Positions 1-11,068 of a stretch of 64,000 bases of DNA are shown here, in pieces; the first letter of the stretch is position 1, and every line of letters starts with the position of its first letter. The DNA is from an uncultured Planctomycetia bacterium (GTDB lineage: Bacteria > Planctomycetota > Planctomycetia > Pirellulales > Thermoguttaceae). Below the pieces are notes generated by a model that ran no database searches, was not told the DNA's origin, and worked only from the letters and a program-made list of their open reading frames with translations. The stretch covers positions 96,648-160,647 of the forward strand of contig CAWFIG010000022.1 in the NCBI GenBank assembly GCA_963815695.1, read 5' to 3'. A program made the position numbers and the translations under genes.

Positions 1-550
1 AGCGCTCGTTCTTCGAGTTCCAGGGCTCGAAGAACGCCTTGGGGTCGGTGGTGTGAAAAGCGAGAACGATGTTTAGCTCGCCGGCCCTTTGCCAGATGGG
101 AAACAGCCGAGGATCATCGACACGCACCAGGGCGTCGTTTCTGTCCCGGACCATCAGGCCCAAGTCCTTGAAATTCTTCAGGCCTATCGCCCCGCCCTTG
201 ACGGCGCGGGTGAGCATATCCGGCGCCTTGCTGAAAAACTCAGGATCGGTCTTGATCAAAGACCAGTCGAAGGAGTACATCGTACCGATGCGGTTCTTGT
301 AGGGTTTGGCGGCGGCGATGAACCTGAAGAAATCGTCATCACCCGTGACGCCGATATTGTTTCCGTAGCGGATGTAGTTGTCATCCATCACTTTTATGCA
401 CCGCTCGATCGATCCGGTATCGATATGACAGTGGGCGTCGATGACTCTGCCGGTAACAGGCCTGTCGGAAAGATGTTCTGCCTTTTCTTCGATTCCATCA
501 GCTCGGCAAAGGGTGCTCAGGGTCAATCCGGCGGCGCCGATGCCCGCCAT
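1..550 (-). CDS. amidohydrolase-family metal-dependent hydrolase, N-terminal part (gene continues past window start)
   Basis: Manual reverse translation from ATG (548-550): MAGIGAAGLTLSTLCRADGIEEKAEHLSDRPVTGRVIDAHCHID. A signal-like leader is followed by the DAHCH metal-binding motif of TIM-barrel amidohydrolases. The frame stays open to position 1. Absent from the ORF track because no stop lies in the window. Confidence 0.6.
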   Translation of the reverse strand, partial: MAGIGAAGLTLSTLCRADGIEEKAEHLSDRPVTGRVIDAHCHIDTGSIERCIKVMDDNYIRYGNNIGVTGDDDFFRFIAAAKPYKNRIGTMYSFDWSLIKTDPEFFSKAPDMLTRAVKGGAIGLKNFKDLGLMVRDRNDALVRVDDPRLFPIWQRAGELNIVLAFHTTDPKAFFEPWNSKNER

Positions 551-1142
551 TTTCAAGAATGATCTTCGCGACGATGTTTCCACGGTTTAGTTCCTTCGAC
601 AAACGGCGATTAAGTTCGTCCAGTGCAGTAACGAATTCCGTTCCGTCAGCAGATATTGCCTTAATTTTACCCTTTTGCAAGACAAATGGGAAGTCTTGTC
701 CCGGACCGGAACGCCGCGGGGCACAGTGCGAAGCCGTCTGCAACAAACCCGAAGCCTGTCAAACTCGCGGTTTGCCGGGCCTGGCACGGTCGCCGTCGCA
801 GACAACGGCTATCTGCTCCTCCGTAAAGCACTTCCGCTGTATGACGCATGTCCTCCTCCGAAAGGTGTAAGATACCCAAAAATCTCACCTTCCGCATCGA
901 CCGAGCATCGGAGGGGCCGTCAGCGGCGGGACGGCACGTGTCTGCGTGGAGCGAACCCGGATTCCTCGCCGTCGGTCACTTGCCCGAGGGTGTGAGAAAT
1001 GCGGGCAAACGGGATTCTCCGCGCCGCAAATTGAAGGCGGCAAATGGCGATACATCAACCGACACGGCAATCGGGTGTGGAACCCAACACATTGGGAAGG
1101 GATAGGGCGATCCCGTTATTCTTTGCGTTTCCGCCTCCTCGC

Positions 1143-2591
1143 TCACTTCCGTTTTCGCCATACATAGGCGACGAGCGCGATCAGGCCGGCGGCCAACATG
1201 CCCAGCGTCGACGGCTCGGGGACGGGCGTGAAACTGACGCTCACGTCATCCAGGTACATGGTGTTGGCGGAAGTGGCCCAATAGTTGACATAGAGGTACT
1301 TGCCGATCGAAAGATTGTCGGCCGCGACGGTCCAATCGACGTTGATCGTGGTCCAGTCGCCGGCGATCAGTCCGGGGCCGGCCGTGTGGGAATCGCCGTC
1401 GCCCCACAGCAGGTCGGACGCCGTGCCGACGGTGTCGTCGCCTACCAGGAAGCCGGCCAAAAAGGTACCCACCGGGGTACCCTTCCCGCTCGCTGTTTTG
1501 AGCGATAGGTGATAGGTGCCTTGCCGGACGGTTGTGCCGGTAAACTGAAACATGGCGTCGTTCGTGACAGCGGCCACTTGGCTGCCGTCGGGGAGCGGCC
1601 CGTTGAACTTCGCCGCGATCATGGAGGCGGTCGGATTGATGACGGACACGCCGCCGCCAACAGCATCCGTCCAGCCATCGGCAGTCGAAGCCGACGCCCC
1701 GACGTTTAACTTCTGATATTCGAACGACGTGTTGACCGTGATCGGGTGCAGATCGGTATTGATGCCTTTGGCCTGCTGGACGACGTATTCGAGCGCCACC
1801 GCGTTGTCGCAGTAATCGGTGCTGTGGCCGCCGTTGGGCTGAACGAAACTGATGGTTTTTGGGTTCACCGGATTGGTGTTCTGCACCGTACTGAACAGTT
1901 GGAGAACGCTTGGAGCCGGAACTACCGTGTCCTGCAAGCCCGCTGTGATCGCCATGGGCATGGTAAAGGATTGAGAATAATTGATCGCACTGCGATACAC
2001 GTATTCGCTGGGGTTTTGCGAGTAGTAGCCCCCGAACGCCGTGGCGATTTGGTCAATAAGGGACGGCAAGCTGGTGGTGTAGCCGACGAAATTGCCAAGA
2101 CCGTTGACGGAGCATACTCCGTTGACCACATCGGGGTGCAGGGCGGTGAAGGTCAGACAGCTTGCGCCGCCCATCGATGCGCCGGTGAGAATCACATTGC
2201 CGATGTGGTAGTCGCTCTTAAGATCGTCGATGATTTGAACGACGTCGGATTCCGCGGCGGCGTTCATCCAGGAACCTACCCCGCGATAGTCGGGACAGAT
2301 CATAATCATGTCGTGGTTGGCGGCGACATCGCGGGTGGCGCGGCATTCGTCGCGAGTGTTGCTGGCATATTGCGTCATATCGGAGCCCGAACCGTGCAGG
2401 GCGATGACCACGTCATATTGGTTCGCCGCATTGAAATCCGTCGGGAGTAGTTGCATGTAATGCTGGGTGCTGCCGTCATAGGTGGCGGTAAACGCCATGT
2501 CGGTCGGCGCGCCGAGCGTGGCCGCCGAGAGGATGGGAGAAAACGCTATCGATAATACGGCAACGATCAAGACAATCAGAAATACTCGCAT
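1143..2591 (-). CDS. secreted alpha/beta-hydrolase (esterase-like) with C-terminal PEP-CTERM anchor
   Basis: Intact ORF 1143..2621; likely start MRVFLIVLIVAVL at 2591. Has an HGSGSD region, a GASMGG nucleophile elbow (G-x-S-x-G) and NGGHS. The C-terminus VPEPSTLGMLAAGLIALVAYVWRKRK is a PEP motif plus TM helix plus basic tail. Confidence 0.8.
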   Translation of the reverse strand: MRVFLIVLIVAVLSIAFSPILSAATLGAPTDMAFTATYDGSTQHYMQLLPTDFNAANQYDVVIALHGSGSDMTQYASNTRDECRATRDVAANHDMIMICPDYRGVGSWMNAAAESDVVQIIDDLKSDYHIGNVILTGASMGGASCLTFTALHPDVVNGVCSVNGLGNFVGYTTSLPSLIDQIATAFGGYYSQNPSEYVYRSAINYSQSFTMPMAITAGLQDTVVPAPSVLQLFSTVQNTNPVNPKTISFVQPNGGHSTDYCDNAVALEYVVQQAKGINTDLHPITVNTSFEYQKLNVGASASTADGWTDAVGGGVSVINPTASMIAAKFNGPLPDGSQVAAVTNDAMFQFTGTTVRQGTYHLSLKTASGKGTPVGTFLAGFLVGDDTVGTASDLLWGDGDSHTAGPGLIAGDWTTINVDWTVAADNLSIGKYLYVNYWATSANTMYLDDVSVSFTPVPEPSTLGMLAAGLIALVAYVWRKRK

Positions 2592-2819
2592 GACGCTGGC
2601 GCCTCCTATGGATGCAGACAAGGTCGCAAAGTCTCGAAAGCCGGGAATAGCTGCACTGTAAACAAATCTGTCGTCATCGCCACAACCACTCTTGCCAGCA
2701 AGGCGGAACAGTCGTCTCCGTTCGACCTTGCGTGTCGCGGGAGACCGCCGTAGGACGGAGGGAACCTCCGTCCCACGGCGTCTCGCTTCGCGACATTACT
2801 CGCGTCTGGAGGGTGTATC

Positions 2820-3698
2820 CTACCGACGGCGTCGGAACCAAACGAAAGCCAGGCCGGCTGCAGCGGCCAAGAGCGCCAGCGTGCCGGGCTCGGGAACCGC
2901 GGCCGCGTTGCCGTAGACCCGCAAATCCTGGAACGAGGCGTAACTCCCAAACGAGTACCTGGAAGCTGAGGTAGTTATGGGCGAAATCAGGTCCGCTTCC
3001 GGTGTCCATCAGATTTCCATTCACATAGACTGCGGCGTCGATGGTGCCCGAACCGTTGAACGGATTGTTGTCGGTTGCGTCGGTGAACACCATCGCCAGT
3101 TCGACATAGTCGCTGTAGCCGCCGCTCCAGTCTAATGTGCTGAACCACGCGGCCGTGCCGTCCGAGGCAAAGGAGGACGCGGCAAGGCCGGTCGCGACGT
3201 GGTGCCGTCAAAGGCATTCAAATAGAAACCGGGAACTGCAAACCAGTTGGCGTCGAGATAGGTATCGCCGATGTCGGAATAGGCGGAACCAGATTGCCCC
3301 GCGCCAATTCCGGCATATCCGCCGCGAGGATTGACTTTGACGCATACCGTCAAGCCGCCGATGGCGAGATCGTTATTGAAGTCTTTCGTCAGGCCCAAGC
3401 GGGCAGTAATGGCCCCGGCGCCGCCATCGGACAGATCCAACTTCTGGTTTGGGCCATCGATATCCATTAACCCTACCTAGTTGGCCTGATCGTATGTCAC
3501 TTGTCCCGCCAGCGGGCCAAAGACACGGCTGGGCGCGTTGATGCCGTAGTTGACGTCGCCGTTCCACGTATCGCCGTAGTTGTACGTGTCCTCGAACAGC
3601 AGGGACCCGACCGGTGTGAAGGCGGCCAACGCGGGGCCTGCCAGCATGGCGAACGCCGCCATCGCCAGCAAGGCCTCTAAGACATGGAACTTCTTCAT
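2820..3698 (-). pseudogene. PEP-CTERM sorting-domain protein, disrupted (in-frame TAG plus frameshifts)
   Basis: Stitched from ORFs 3477..3698 (signal peptide MKKFHVLEALLAMAAFAMLAGPALA), 3132..3467 and 2674..3093. The TAG at 3477-3479 is in frame with the next fragment. Manual translation of 2820-2900 gives AVPEPGTLALLAAAAGLAFVWFRRRR-stop, a PEP-CTERM motif. Confidence 0.55.
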
Positions 3699-4141
3699 AA
3701 GCTAGCTCCTCTTCAGAAGGTGAACAGAAAAGAACAGAAAAACGGTGAAACAACTTGACACAAGAGCACTAATCAGCATCTGGGTTGCGGGATGTCGGCA
3801 AAAACCAGTGTTTCCGACGTGCGCGAGGCAGCAAGAATACTCCGGTAATCACGGAAGCCGGTGACGCGAGGCCTGCGACAATTGTCGCCGTCACCAGACA
3901 AGAAAAAAGCGTCTTCACAGCCATCCCCCCCCAGTTGATTCAGCCTCTACTAATGCTGTCGTTCAGGCCAACAAGTTCGATTGTAGTCTCACCCATTGCA
4001 CGTTGTGCGCAATAATGTCCCATTTTTGCGGCAAAAAGCGAGAGCCTCCATTTACGTGAACGCTTCAAGCGTGCAATAATATCCCGTCCTTGCGACACAG
4101 ACCCAGACGTCCTCCGTTTGCCCAAATAGCTGGAGCACGCG

Positions 4142-5296
4142 ATGAAAACGTTTCGCCGAGTATTTGTGCTCGTTGAGACGAGCAGCGGCTACAGTCGCGG
4201 AATCCTCGAAGGAATCGGCCAGTATAGCCACGAGCATCAGGAGTGGTCGATCCTCTTCGAGGAACGCGGCTTGGAGGAGCTTCCGCCGCGATGGCTGAAA
4301 TCATGGCACGGCGACGGGATTATTGCCCGTACGGCAAACCGCAACATTCGTCGGCGACTGGACAAAGTTCACGTGCCGCGAGTGGAATTGCTCGGTTTGC
4401 AGGAAGATGAGCCGGCCAAAGTGCATGGCGACAATCGGGCCGCGGGCCGTATGGCGGCAGTACATCTGGTGGAATGCGGGCTGCGGAATTTTGCATTCTT
4501 CGCGGGGGGCGAGCCGTGGTGGATCGCCAACTGTCGCGAGGCATTCTGCCAAGAGTTGGCGGGACACGGCTTTTCGTGTGACACTTATCGGCCGCCGGCG
4601 AAGGATACCCGGATATTGCCACGCTGGCACGAAAGTCAGGAAAAGAGTCTGACGCTTTGGCTGCTGTCGCTGCCGCAACCGTGCGGCGTATTCTGCGCTA
4701 CCGATGCCAGGATCGTGCTCGAGTTCTGCCGGCGACTGGGCATTTCCGTGCCGGAACGCATGGCCGTCCTCGGCGAAGACGAAGATCCGGTGGTTTGCTG
4801 CATCAGCAGCCCCCCCCTATCCGCGATAGATTTCGGCAGCAAGCAGATCGGATATCGAGCGGCGGCGCTTCTCGACCGGATGATGGCCGGGGCGGCGGCG
4901 CCGAAAACGGTCGAATGGATCCCTCCCCTGCGAGTCGTGCCTCGCCAATCGACGGATATCGTTGCGGTGGAAGACGACGAGATGGCACGGGCCCTTCGCT
5001 TCATTCGCCAACATGCGTGCAGCGGGATCGACGTGGACGACGTCGCCACGGCAGCCTGCATTTCGAGGCGAGCGCTCGAACGTCGTTTTCGCGCACTCTT
5101 CGACCGAACGCCGAAGTCGGAAATTCTCCGGGTGCAACTGGATCACGCCAGAATGCTCTTGTCCACAACACTGCTTTCCGTTGAAGCGGTCGCTCGAAAA
5201 AGCGGCTTTCCTGTGTTCCGACATTTTGCGGAAGTGTTCCGACGTGAAACAGGAACGACGCCGCGTGCCTACCGCAGGTCGCAGCCAACGGAATAG
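4142..5296 (+). CDS. XylR-like AraC-family transcriptional regulator (sugar-binding-like domain + AraC HTH)
   Basis: Intact 384-aa ORF. The N-terminal part resembles a periplasmic-binding-protein/LacI fold (VFVLVETSSGYSRGILEGI). The C-terminal part has an AraC-type HTH (ISRRALERRFRALFDRTPKSEILRVQLDHARMLL, GFPVFRHFAEVFRRETGTTPRAYR). Confidence 0.8.
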   Translation: MKTFRRVFVLVETSSGYSRGILEGIGQYSHEHQEWSILFEERGLEELPPRWLKSWHGDGIIARTANRNIRRRLDKVHVPRVELLGLQEDEPAKVHGDNRAAGRMAAVHLVECGLRNFAFFAGGEPWWIANCREAFCQELAGHGFSCDTYRPPAKDTRILPRWHESQEKSLTLWLLSLPQPCGVFCATDARIVLEFCRRLGISVPERMAVLGEDEDPVVCCISSPPLSAIDFGSKQIGYRAAALLDRMMAGAAAPKTVEWIPPLRVVPRQSTDIVAVEDDEMARALRFIRQHACSGIDVDDVATAACISRRALERRFRALFDRTPKSEILRVQLDHARMLLSTTLLSVEAVARKSGFPVFRHFAEVFRRETGTTPRAYRRSQPTE

Positions 5297-5367
5297 CAAA
5301 CGGCACTCTCGCCGAATCAGAATGCCGGGCAGGGCAGGGGAGGGTAGGGGGGCTTGGCAGGCGGCCG

Positions 5368-6834
5368 ATGGCAATATCTAATGGTAATTTGGTTATGCAA
5401 AGTTCAGGCGGGCCGCTCCCTGGTCCGCCCCGCGACGATCCCGCTCTTCACGTCGGAGACACGGCTATGGCGGCGTTGCGTGTGCACGGCATGGGTGCTC
5501 TCGTCGTACTGGCCTTTGCATCGGTCGCGTTGGGCGACGGCGTGTACATTCCCCAACGGGCAGTGCGAAAAGTGCCGGATATCCCCGCACAGCGTGCCGT
5601 GCTGTCCTGGAGAAACGGCCAGGAAACGTTGTTGATCTCCTCGGCGCTGGATTCCGCATCGCAAAAACTCGGCTGGATCATTCCGCTGCCCGCCGTTCCG
5701 AAATCGATCGAAAAACAATTGCCCGGTGGACTCAAGACACTTGATTTCTGCATTCAGCCGAAGATCACGCACGATCTTTATCCGCTTGTCCTCTTCGCGG
5801 TTTACGCATTTTTTGTCATCAATCTCGCCCTGGCAACGCTCCTATTCAAGAAGAGGGACCGACTGGGATACCTTCTGATCGAACTTCTTCTTTTTGGAGT
5901 GGTGCCGTCGTTGATGCTCCCTGCATTGGGAGCATCGGCCCCGCGTGCGGCTAGGGTACAAATTCTGAAGACCGCCACGGTCGGTTCTTACCATATTAGC
6001 GTCCTGCGGCCAAAGAAACTCGGTGATCTGAACGCCTGGCTTGCCAAGAACGACTTCTCGCTTCTGCCGGCGACAGCCGGCCCGGCGGTCGCCGATTACA
6101 TCGCCGACGGCTGGGTGTTTGTCGCGATCAAACTGGTCCGCGCCGAGTCGGGAGCCAACGCCCCGCATCCGATCCAGATGACGTTTGCCAGCAAGGAGCC
6201 GGTGTATCCGCTGAAACTCACCGGACTGGCCGGCGGCAGCACCGCATTCGAGATTTTTGTGATCGCGAACGACCGTGCGGCTTGCAGGCAACTCGAAGTG
6301 GAGTTTTGCGACCGATTTCGGCAGGACATCGCTCATGCGAGCTATGCCTATGACTCAGAGTCAGATCCCCATTACGAGACGAAGACGCTTTTCGTGGGCG
6401 ATACGAGCAATCAGATCATAGGCCATCCGGCAATCTGTTCCCTGATGTGGGACAAGTGCATTCTTTCGAAGTTCGCGGGAACGATCGACGCCGATCGCAT
6501 GACCGCCGACCTGCAATTCGATCGCAAGCCGTTCGAGGCGTGTCGGCAACATCTCTATACTCGGCGAGGCGCACGCCACGTTGCTTTGATTCTGTTCACG
6601 TGCCTGACGGGCTGCTGGCTTGCCGCCTCGATGGTGGCGTGCCGGGCCAAGGTAGTGCAGCCGTGGGGACTGACGCGGTATCTCGGCCGGGTGCTGCTGC
6701 CCGTCGTCGCGCTGTATGCGGTCGGCGCTGCGATCCTGTTCGCCTGCTTGCCCAAACTCGCCACCTCCGAGGTGGTGACGGGGTCTCCCCTGGTGCTGCG
6801 GCGTTTTTGCAGAGGGTCTGCGCGGCAACATTGA
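5368..6834 (+). CDS. DUF2330-like membrane protein
   Basis: Intact 488-aa ORF; an internal start near 5464 is possible. Segment GVYIPQRAVRKVPDIPAQRAVLSWRNGQETLLISSAL...GWIIPLPAVP matches my recollection of DUF2330. Several TM helices at the C-terminus. Confidence 0.55.
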   Translation: MAISNGNLVMQSSGGPLPGPPRDDPALHVGDTAMAALRVHGMGALVVLAFASVALGDGVYIPQRAVRKVPDIPAQRAVLSWRNGQETLLISSALDSASQKLGWIIPLPAVPKSIEKQLPGGLKTLDFCIQPKITHDLYPLVLFAVYAFFVINLALATLLFKKRDRLGYLLIELLLFGVVPSLMLPALGASAPRAARVQILKTATVGSYHISVLRPKKLGDLNAWLAKNDFSLLPATAGPAVADYIADGWVFVAIKLVRAESGANAPHPIQMTFASKEPVYPLKLTGLAGGSTAFEIFVIANDRAACRQLEVEFCDRFRQDIAHASYAYDSESDPHYETKTLFVGDTSNQIIGHPAICSLMWDKCILSKFAGTIDADRMTADLQFDRKPFEACRQHLYTRRGARHVALILFTCLTGCWLAASMVACRAKVVQPWGLTRYLGRVLLPVVALYAVGAAILFACLPKLATSEVVTGSPLVLRRFCRGSARQH

Positions 6835-7144
6835 GGAAGCACTGCAAGATCAGCCGCAGATTCTTCAACGGACGCAGAAAGAAATTGCCGAATCGATCCT
6901 CGAACACTGCCGCAAACGGATGAAAGAATACACACGCACGAACCCAATGACCGGGGGCGACATCCTGCTGGAAGACAGCCCCGGCAACTTCACGGTTGAG
7001 AAGTCGGACAAGAGCGTCATCATTCGCGTCTACGACTACGTCGGCCGACCGATGCTGATCGACGAACAGTCGTTTCGCGATGCCGATAAGCAGGGCAGGG
7101 GAGGGCAGGGCGGCAGCCATCAGGAGACGAGCGATCTGCAGTAA
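6833..7144 (+). CDS. hypothetical protein, or frameshifted C-terminal extension of the DUF2330-like protein
   Basis: The frame of ORF 6920..7144 is open upstream to about 6780 (GVFAEGLRGNIEEALQDQPQILQRTQKEIAESILEHCRKRMKEY...). A T5 run at 6804-6808 is a plausible indel site. The tail contains the G-tract motif (KQGRGGQGG). Confidence 0.25.
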   Translation, partial: EEALQDQPQILQRTQKEIAESILEHCRKRMKEYTRTNPMTGGDILLEDSPGNFTVEKSDKSVIIRVYDYVGRPMLIDEQSFRDADKQGRGGQGGSHQETSDLQ

Positions 7145-7228
7145 CGATCACAGGCGACTGCACATGAATTTGGACTTCGCTCCGTCCGCCACGTGGACGC
7201 GGCGGCTAAACGTCGATGCCAGACTCGC

Positions 7229-8340
7229 TCATCGCTCATCCCTTTCCGCCGCCAGCCGGCTCGCCACGCGCAGGGCCTCGATCATGCTGCCGGTCTCGGC
7301 CTGACGCCGCCAGGCGATGTCGAAGGCCGTGCCGTGGGCGACGCTGGTGCGGATGATCGGCAGGCCCAGCGTGACGTTCACCGCCCGGTGCATTCCCAGC
7401 AGCTTCAGGGCGATGTGGCCCTGGTCGTGATACATGGCCACCACGGCGTCGAATCGGCCGTCGCGGGCGCGGACCATCAGCGTGTCGGTGGGCAGCGGCC
7501 CTTCGAGCCGCAGCCCCTCGGCCAGCCCGCGCTCGACGGCCGGGCGAATGATCCGCACGCTCCTCGTCGCCGAACAGCCCGCCCTCGCCGCCGTGCGGAT
7601 TCAGCGAGCAGACGCCGATCCGCGGGCGGAGCGAAAAGGGGTCGGTTCCAATTTGTCGGAACGGCGCCGAGGGTGCTTGGCAGGAATTGGACCTGGCCCT
7701 TTTCGGCCGCATCAGCCGCGACATGAATCGGTCGGCCAGCCGGGCCTTGGCCAGGATGGCCTCCTCGGTCAATTCGTCGAACACGTTCCGCAGCGCCGTG
7801 TGCAGCGTCACGTGGACCACGGCCAGCCCGGCCGGCGAGGCAGGTCCTCGTTCGGGCCCAGGTAGAGCATCATCGCGTAATCGTCGACGCCGCAGACGTG
7901 GGCCAACAGTTCGGTGTGGCCGGGATAATCGTGGCCGGCCCGGTGCAGGGCCTCCTTTTGCAGCGGCGCGGTGGTGATGGCGTCGACCCGGCCGTCCAGC
8001 GCCAGGCGGATGGCCGTCACCACGGCGTCGTAGGCCGCCTGGCCCGCCCGGGCGTCGAGCGTGCCGGGCGGCCACGGCCAGCACGTCGTCCGAGCCGCAG
8101 GGGATGCAGGGGATCACGTCGGCGCGACGGCTGGGCCTGCTCGGGCGACTCGATCTCGACCACCTCGACGCCGGTCTGCCAAAGACGGACGGCCCGGCGG
8201 AGGATCTCCGGATGGCCCACCACCAGCGGCCGGCAGCATTCGTGGACGACGGTCTCGGTCCATGCCCCGACGATGATCTCCGGCCCGACGCCGGCCGGGT
8301 CGCCCATCGTCACGGCAATCAGCGGTTTAGCGTTCTGCAC
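7229..8340 (-). CDS. pdxA: 4-hydroxythreonine-4-phosphate dehydrogenase, several apparent frameshifts
   Basis: Stitched from ORFs 8017..8406 (KPLIAVTMGDPAGVGPEII), 7808..8023 (AITTAPLQKEALHRAGHDYPGHTELLA) and 7229..7558 (AMYHDQGHIALKLLG...NVTLGLPIIRTSVAHGTAFDIA). GTG at 8340 taken as start. Confidence 0.85.
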
Positions 8341-8483
8341 TGTCAGTTCTGCTTCGTCTGAGTGGCTCCAAAGCGCGATTGTACGCCACGTTCTGCGTCG
8401 AGCCAAAGGGGAGTTGCCGAAAACCGCGATGCCTGAGTTGTTTCCGTTACTGCCAATCCCTGATCCCTGATCGCTTTACTTCC

Positions 8484-8925
8484 ATGCGAGCCTGCGTTCA
8501 ACGAGTCCGCCGCGCGTCGGTCACGGTGGCCGGCGAGGTCTGCGGCAGCATCGGCACCGGGCATGTTGGTGCTGCTGGGCGTGGCGCCCGACGACACCGA
8601 AGCCGACGCCCGCTGGCTGGCCCAAAAGATCGCCGGCCTGCGGATTTTCGAGGACAGTCAGGGAAAAATGAACCTTTCGCTGGCCGACGTGGGCGGGGCG
8701 ATGCTGGTGGTCAGCCAGTTCACGCTGCTGGGCGATTGCCGCCGCGGCCGCCGCCCCGACTTCACCGCCGCCGCCCCGCCCGAATTGGCCGAGCGGCTCT
8801 ACCAGGTCTTCATCGCCGCCGTCGCCGAGCAGGGCGTGCCCGTGGCCACCGGCCGGTTCCGCCAGCACATGGAGGTCGAGCTGGTCAACGACGGCCCGGT
8901 GACGCTGATCGTCGAGAGCGCCTAA
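8484..8925 (+). CDS. dtd: D-aminoacyl-tRNA deacylase, one apparent frameshift near 8555
   Basis: [24 protein letters not shown] (frame of ORF 8379..9176) joins ORF 8563..8925 ([31 protein letters not shown]...SQFTLLGD). The junction lies at a GGG run. Confidence 0.85.
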
Positions 8926-9042
8926 CGCAGCCGCTTGGCGGCTTCGCGAGCTGCCGGAACTCGTCAGCGGTGCCAGATATGGTCGATCAGCCGCGTGGCC
9001 GTCTGTTGGACCGAGCGGCCGATGGCCGGCAGTCGATGGCGG

Positions 9043-9676
9043 CTAGGCCAGTTGCGGCTCGAAGAGGATCACGGCGGTCAGCAGGGCCAGCTTCGCGTAG
9101 CCGAGACGTTCGACCAGTGCCGTGGCCGAAGAGTTTCAGCGCCGTGCCGAACGAACTCTTCAAGTGCAGCCCGTGACTCCACTCGACGCTCCAGATTTCG
9201 TCCAGCACCAGGTGCGAAAGATAGCCGAGCGTTACCGCGCCGGCCTTGTACAGCCGCAAATCCAGTCGTCGCCCGAGGCCAGCAGGAAGGCGATTTCGCC
9301 GAAGACCACGCGCCGCGGGCACGCTATGGAACATGCCGCGATGAACCGTGAACCATCGCAACAGCGCCGCCACGCCAAAGCGGATCGACAGATAGACGGC
9401 TGCGCCGGCCAGGAGGATCATCTCGTGCGACATGCCCCAGTGCTGAAACCGGTGCAGCAGCATCATCGGCACCACGGCCGAGGCAAAGGCCATGCTCTCG
9501 CGCTGCGGCGTGCTCGAGTCGCTGTCGATGTCGGGCAACATCCCCGAAACGCTGCACAACCCGGCCGCCAACGCGCAGGTGGGCCAGGGCACGCCGTACG
9601 TGCAAGTGCACGCCGCTCCGCCGTAGCCGACGCCGAGAAGACTGCTGGCGGTGATGTGAATTTTGAAGCCGGGCAT
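9043..9676 (-). CDS. YdjM/DUF457-like membrane-bound metal-dependent hydrolase, apparent frameshifts
   Basis: ORF 8987..9751 from MPGFKIHITASSLLG, LPDIDSDSSTP, HRGMFHS. The tail is restored in another frame (LKLFGHGLVERLGYAKLALLTAVILFEPQLA-stop at 9043). Confidence 0.6.
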
Positions 9677-9918
9677 GATAATCGAGCTCCGCCGCCGTTG
9701 CTGTACTTCGTTTCGATCGCGACTTGTATCCGAATCTGGAAATTCGGGCAAGAGTCTTTTCCAACAGGCGCTTCAAGGAAAGTTGCCCATTCATCGCAAG
9801 CCACCGATCTTATGTCATTCTGGACCTCCGGCAATTACTGTACCCTCCGTCATCCTCTATCCCTCATCTCTCATCTCTTCTGGCCTCAAAACGCGTTTCC
9901 CGCTATACTTCGTCCATC

Positions 9919-10605
9919 ATGCAAGTCTACGATATCGTGATGTTGGTCGTCTTGGTGGGCGCCACGCTGTTCGGCGTTTGGAAGGGGATGGCTTGGCAAG
10001 TGGCCTCGTTGGCGTCGGTGGTCGTTAGCGCCGCGGTGGCGGTTCACAGCAGCGCCGACGATCGCCCCCTACTTCCCCGGCCAGGAGCCGTGGAACCGCT
10101 TTCTGGCGATGGCGGTGCTCTACGTGGTCACGGCCGGGGCAATTTGGATCCTGTTCCGTCTGGTGTCGAACCTTATCGACCGCGTGAAGCTCAAGGAGTT
10201 CGACCGGCAACTCGGCGCGACGTTCGGACTGGCCAAGGGGGTTCTGTACTGCGTCGTGATCACGTTCTTCGCGGTCACGTTGTCGGAGCCTTCCCGGCAG
10301 GTGGTGCTGGCGTCGCGTTCCGGCGATCTGATCGCCCGAGGCATTCGCAACGCCAATCCGATCTTGCCCGAGGACGTCCGCAAGTATCTCGGCAAGTACA
10401 TCGACCAGTTGGACAAGGGGCTGCACACGCCGCCGCAGAACCCTGCCCCCAAAGCCCCGCTCCACAAACCGAGGAGTCGAGCCCAAATCCGCTACCCCCC
10501 CAAAAGGACACTGCAAAGGAGACGCCGAAGCCTACGGGCGCTGCCGGCCCTGCCGAGGGCAAGGGGGCGGTGGAAAAGCTCAAAAAACTGCTCGGCGAAA
10601 AATAG
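9919..10605 (+). CDS. CvpA-family membrane protein, apparent frameshifts
   Basis: MQVYDIVMLVVLVGATLFGVWKGMAWQVASLASVV (frame of 9724..10605) plus ORF 10109..10675 (AVLYVVTAGAIWILFRLVSNLIDRVKLKEFDRQLGATFGLAKGVLYCVVITFF). Low-complexity Pro/Lys tail ends at 10605. Confidence 0.65.
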   Translation: MQVYDIVMLVVLVGATLFGVWKGMAWQVASLASVVVSAAVAVHSSADDRPLLPRPGAVEPLSGDGGALRGHGRGNLDPVPSGVEPYRPREAQGVRPATRRDVRTGQGGSVLRRDHVLRGHVVGAFPAGGAGVAFRRSDRPRHSQRQSDLARGRPQVSRQVHRPVGQGAAHAAAEPCPQSPAPQTEESSPNPLPPQKDTAKETPKPTGAAGPAEGKGAVEKLKKLLGEK

Positions 10606-10907
10606 CCGCTCGCCGATCGGCGTTCGATTTGGCGTTGTCGTCGCGGGCTTTGTCCGGTGTGGCGGGGGCGGGTGAGGGGGGCGGAGTTTCGCTGCGGCAT
10701 CGGGCCCGCTCGCCGGGCATCCAAATCGGCCGACTGAGGGCGATTATGGGCGAGGCAGTGGAAACGATGGTTTGAGAGACTGGCTGTTTTCCCGGCGAAT
10801 TTGCGGCTCCCGACCGAACATAAGAAACATTATCGGACGTTGCAGGCCCGCTCCTTGTGCCGCCTCTTGGGCGAAAAAAGTGCGGCCGCCGTAGCGTCGC
10901 CATTCAA

Positions 10908-10969
10908 CACTAACCCGAATGCAAGCGAGGGACGGTAACACATTCCCTCGCTTGCGCTTCGGGTTAGTG
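10908..10969. repeat. long imperfect palindrome (25/26-nt arms, 11-nt loop)
   Basis: cactaacccgaatgcaagcgaggga (10908-10932) pairs with tccctcgcttgcgcttcgggttagtg (10944-10969). Lies between the CvpA-like stop and the LRR gene stop. Candidate bidirectional terminator or REP-type element. Confidence 0.8.
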
Positions 10970-11068
10970 CAACCACTGAGTGAATGCGTCAATCTTGGCC
11001 GCGAGCGGTATATATCGCCAGCGGTCTTTTCTGATGGCAGTGCGACGTCGCCAGCGGTTTGGCAACCT

